A DNA stretch of 64,000 nucleotides from Oculina patagonica (taxonomy: Eukaryota): assembly GCF_052425735.1 (NCBI RefSeq), contig NC_135769.1, forward strand, positions 16,926,001 through 16,990,000, given 5' to 3'. Below the pieces are notes generated by a model. It had not been told where the DNA came from. It did no database searches and was given only the letters and a program-made list of their open reading frames with translations. The position numbers and the translations under genes are program-made. Shown here piece by piece: positions 60,833 to 64,000 of the stretch (position 1 is its first letter; each line of letters starts with the position of its first letter).

Positions 60833-61861
60833 CACAGGGCACAGAGGAGTCAAGTTTGTCCGCAATTTAAAATCTCTACCGTGCAAAACGACCTTCAAAA
60901 GCTTTTCAAAGCGATCGTGTGAGCCGTACGTGATACAACGCCGTCATGCGATACTTGTTTACAGATTGTCTGGTCTGGTGATATCGTATTCATACCCTCA
61001 TGCGACATCCGCAGACATCAGTGTTTGTGGGCGTTACCAGAGAGATTAGCAGAAAGAAAAAGAGCAAGGGACGAAAGCGATTTGAGGCGAAATTCCGATC
61101 CCTCGTTACTCGCTAAAAATCAAACGAAACGATCTCATTTTTAACATGTGGTTTAAGACTAGGATTGTCTCTCCATATGCTGTAAGAAAATCTTCAAACA
61201 AGTCGTTTAAGCTGTATTTCGGGGGACGAGTTTTAGGCAGTTAAAAATTCGTTTTCGTACAATGTGGACCGGAGGATACTGGTGACGGAAATGCGTCACG
61301 AGACATGTGATGTTGCAATACCGTAATGTGTTTCACAAGTAACTTACCACTTTGAAGAAAAAACATTGTTTTCCACATTCAATTTCTTCGGATTGCGTTG
61401 TTCCTCGTATGGTAAATTTCGCTTTTCCCGGAGAGCAATATTCATATTTTGTCGGAAGATCAGTTGTTGTTTTGAATGTAAGATTAGTAACGGTTGATTT
61501 CGGCTGTCACAGCATGGATCTACACACGACTTTCGTTTCCGCCACCAGTATGCTTCGGGTGACATCGAGCCGATCACGTGGTATAATGTTTCGTCCCTTG
61601 TCTCTTTTTCTTCTCGGCACTTCGTGCCTCGTGGGAAAGCTTCGCTTTCCGAAAAGAAATCGTCGCCCTTCGGGCGACGAATTTTTCGCCCCAGGCGACC
61701 ATTGTCAGAATACGATATCACCAGACGATCTGCAAACAAGTATCGCATGACGGCGTTGTATCACGTACGGCTCACACGATCGCTTTGAAAAGCTTTTGAA
61801 GGTCGTTTTGCACGGTAGAGATTTTGAATTGCGGACAAACTTGACTCCTCTGTGCCCTGTG
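60833..61861. mobile_element. Non-autonomous DNA transposon with ~160-bp near-perfect TIRs
   Basis: CACAGGGCACAGAGGAGTCAAG... mirrored at the right end; flanks TTTTCTA/TTTTCTG; empty sites at ~16240, ~39945 and ~54165. Confidence 0.88.
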
Positions 61862-62267
61862 TTTTCTGCACTAAGTTCCTTTACTGTCCGAGTACTTACA
61901 AGCCACAGACATACTTTAGCCAGCTCGAGAAACTTTCTTTCTTCATAAAACGATAAAATTTTAGAAAACCACCAACCCCCTTACTTTTTAATTTTGCGGT
62001 CTTTTTATACTGCTACGTATGGTCTTCATCATAACTCAATACTTCGCGGCAAAAACTTCGCAGAGAACATAAGCAAGTTAGTAGTATGGAAGGCTTGTTT
62101 TAAGCCACTTTTTGAGCAGGAATCTCATTAGCGTGAGCAGGAATACATTAACTGGGTGACGTGATAAAATTTAATTAATAAAATGCTGTGGATTTAATTA
62201 AATTGTGGGTGATTTCAAGTTCTATTTTTTTTTCTTTGTTGATATAACCAAAGGCCAGGTTTGTCAT

Positions 62268-64000
62268 GTTCTATGTTTTCTTTGCTGGTATAACCGGGTA
62301 GTTTAATTATCACTATATTGTTATATTATAGGGGCATCAGTACTAGTTGTGTTTTATTCTTTTTGAAATCACTGGAGGAACCATTGAGTTGTAATTATGC
62401 AACTTTCTTATCGCATAGATTATCAAATGCAAGCATCATTGTTTCCAACAGATGGCTTTATACTCGATGCGCTTGTTATGAGTGAACTCAGTGATAAAAC
62501 GGTTTTTAGTCCTAAGCAAAAACATTTGCAAAATTTCTTTTTCCTCCACCCAAATTCTATTGTTTGCCACCGCCGCCACCACCGCCACGATTCTATTGTC
62601 CTACACCACGACCACCACAATTCCATGCCACCCCCTCCCCAATTCTATTGTTTACCTCCTCCTCCGCTTCCTCCTCCTCCACAGTTCTATTATATTCTTT
62701 TTTCGTCCACAACCACCGCCACCACCACTACGACCGCTACCGTGACCATTACCATCACCACCGCGACTACCACCACCACAATCATCACCACCGCCACCGC
62801 CTCCACCTCCACGACCCCCTTCCCCCCCCCCCCTCACAACCGCCAACACATTTTTATTGTATGCCACATCCACATCATGCGCCACCACCACAACCACAAC
62901 CACAAGGTCGAGGTGAGGTCGATGTGTGGTTGCTGTGAGGTCGATGGAGGGTCAACCCAGGGTACAGAGTTAGTACAGAAAAGTTTCTCAGTTCACGCTC
63001 TTGTGCTTGGTTACCCCGCTTATACCCCATCTATACCCCCACTGCACCTTGCGTTGACTAGGCTTTGGTAGATTGTGCTAGCATAATTTTTGGCATAATT
63101 GGAGCTAAAAAGCATAATTTGTGAAACGAGCACTGACACGGCATAATTAGCAATTTTTAGCACTTTTTGGAGCATAAATTCATAAAATTTAGTAAATATG
63201 GTGTACTTTCTAAGGAAATAAGTAAAGTCGTTGGAGGCATTTTACAAACGGTTCAGAGATGCGAGCAGCTAATTTGGACAGCTGACGGCCGTGACAAACT
63301 GCCATAAAACACAAATAAATTTACAACAACAGTCTATTTGAAAAACATCATAATTTGGTGTCGTTATTGCGCACCTCTATGTACAGAATCTACGTCATTT
63401 TGTGAGCATAATTTCGGAAATCAGAAGCAAAATTTGGGAATTCAGGCATAATTTTTGCATAATTTGGCAACATTTTGAGCACTGCTAGTAGCATAATATG
63501 CCACTTTTAGGAGCAAAATCTGCAAAATCTACCAAAGCCTAGCGTTGACCCTCCATCGACCTCACATCCACCCCACATCGATCGAACCCGTGATTGTGGT
63601 GGTGGCGGCGGATGTGGTACAAAATAAACTTGTGTTGGCAGTGGTAGTGGTGGGTGTTGAGGTGGTGCAGGAGGTGGTGGTGGTAGATGAGAAGGAGAAA
63701 GAGCAGGACGAGGAAGTGGTGGTGAGGGTGTTGGTGTTGGTGCTGATGGTAATGGTCGCGGTGATGACCGTAGCGGTGGTGGTGGAGGTGGTTGTGGACG
63801 AGGAAAACAATAGAATTGTGGTTCATGGAATTGTGGTGGTGGTGTAGGACAATAAAATCGTGGTGGTGGTGGTGGCGGCGGCGGCGGTGGTAAACAATGC
63901 AATTGTGATGGTGGACATTATGCAAATGGTTTTGCTTAGGACTAAGTTTTTAAGCGCTTTTATCACTAATTTTACGCGCATCCAGTATAAAACCATTGTT
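62268..64000. repeat. Fold-back copy running off the window end
   Basis: Same arms; MITE at the right edge of the spacer. Confidence 0.85.
63059..63541. mobile_element. hAT-type MITE
   Basis: TIR TAGGCTTTGGTAGATT; 8-bp TSD GCGTTGAC; internal GCATAAT repeats. Confidence 0.92.

Noticed and set aside
61344-61750. 134/132-aa ORFs inside the long-TIR element
   Set aside because: No recognisable transposase or THAP motif set

Overview
AT-rich eukaryotic (animal) DNA. Repeat content and gene types suggest an anthozoan or stony coral, which is inference. The window is a tandem array of 11 paralogous class A (rhodopsin-like) GPCR genes, all on the minus strand with intronless coding regions. Seven have an intact 7TM core; four are disabled by nonsense codons, frameshifts or insertions. 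One large plus-strand gene (44070-47740) encodes a predicted parallel beta-helix ectodomain, a Cys-rich region and a multi-pass membrane domain. Deleted remnants of that gene recur between the GPCRs, so the ancestral duplicated unit appears to be a head-to-head GPCR + beta-helix membrane protein pair, with only one partner copy surviving. Intergenic DNA holds five copies of a 0.8-2 kb CCA/TGG-rich fold-back, four directly 3' of a GPCR and the fifth running off the window. It also holds many non-autonomous DNA transposons whose TIRs and TSDs can be checked against empty paralogous sites, and two tRNA-derived SINE families. A 3'-truncated APE-type LINE carries a signal-peptide-like N-terminus and a variant 2A (NPGP) motif, and a Penelope-like fragment carries a minimal hammerhead-like motif. 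There is a 500-N assembly gap at 43372-43871.
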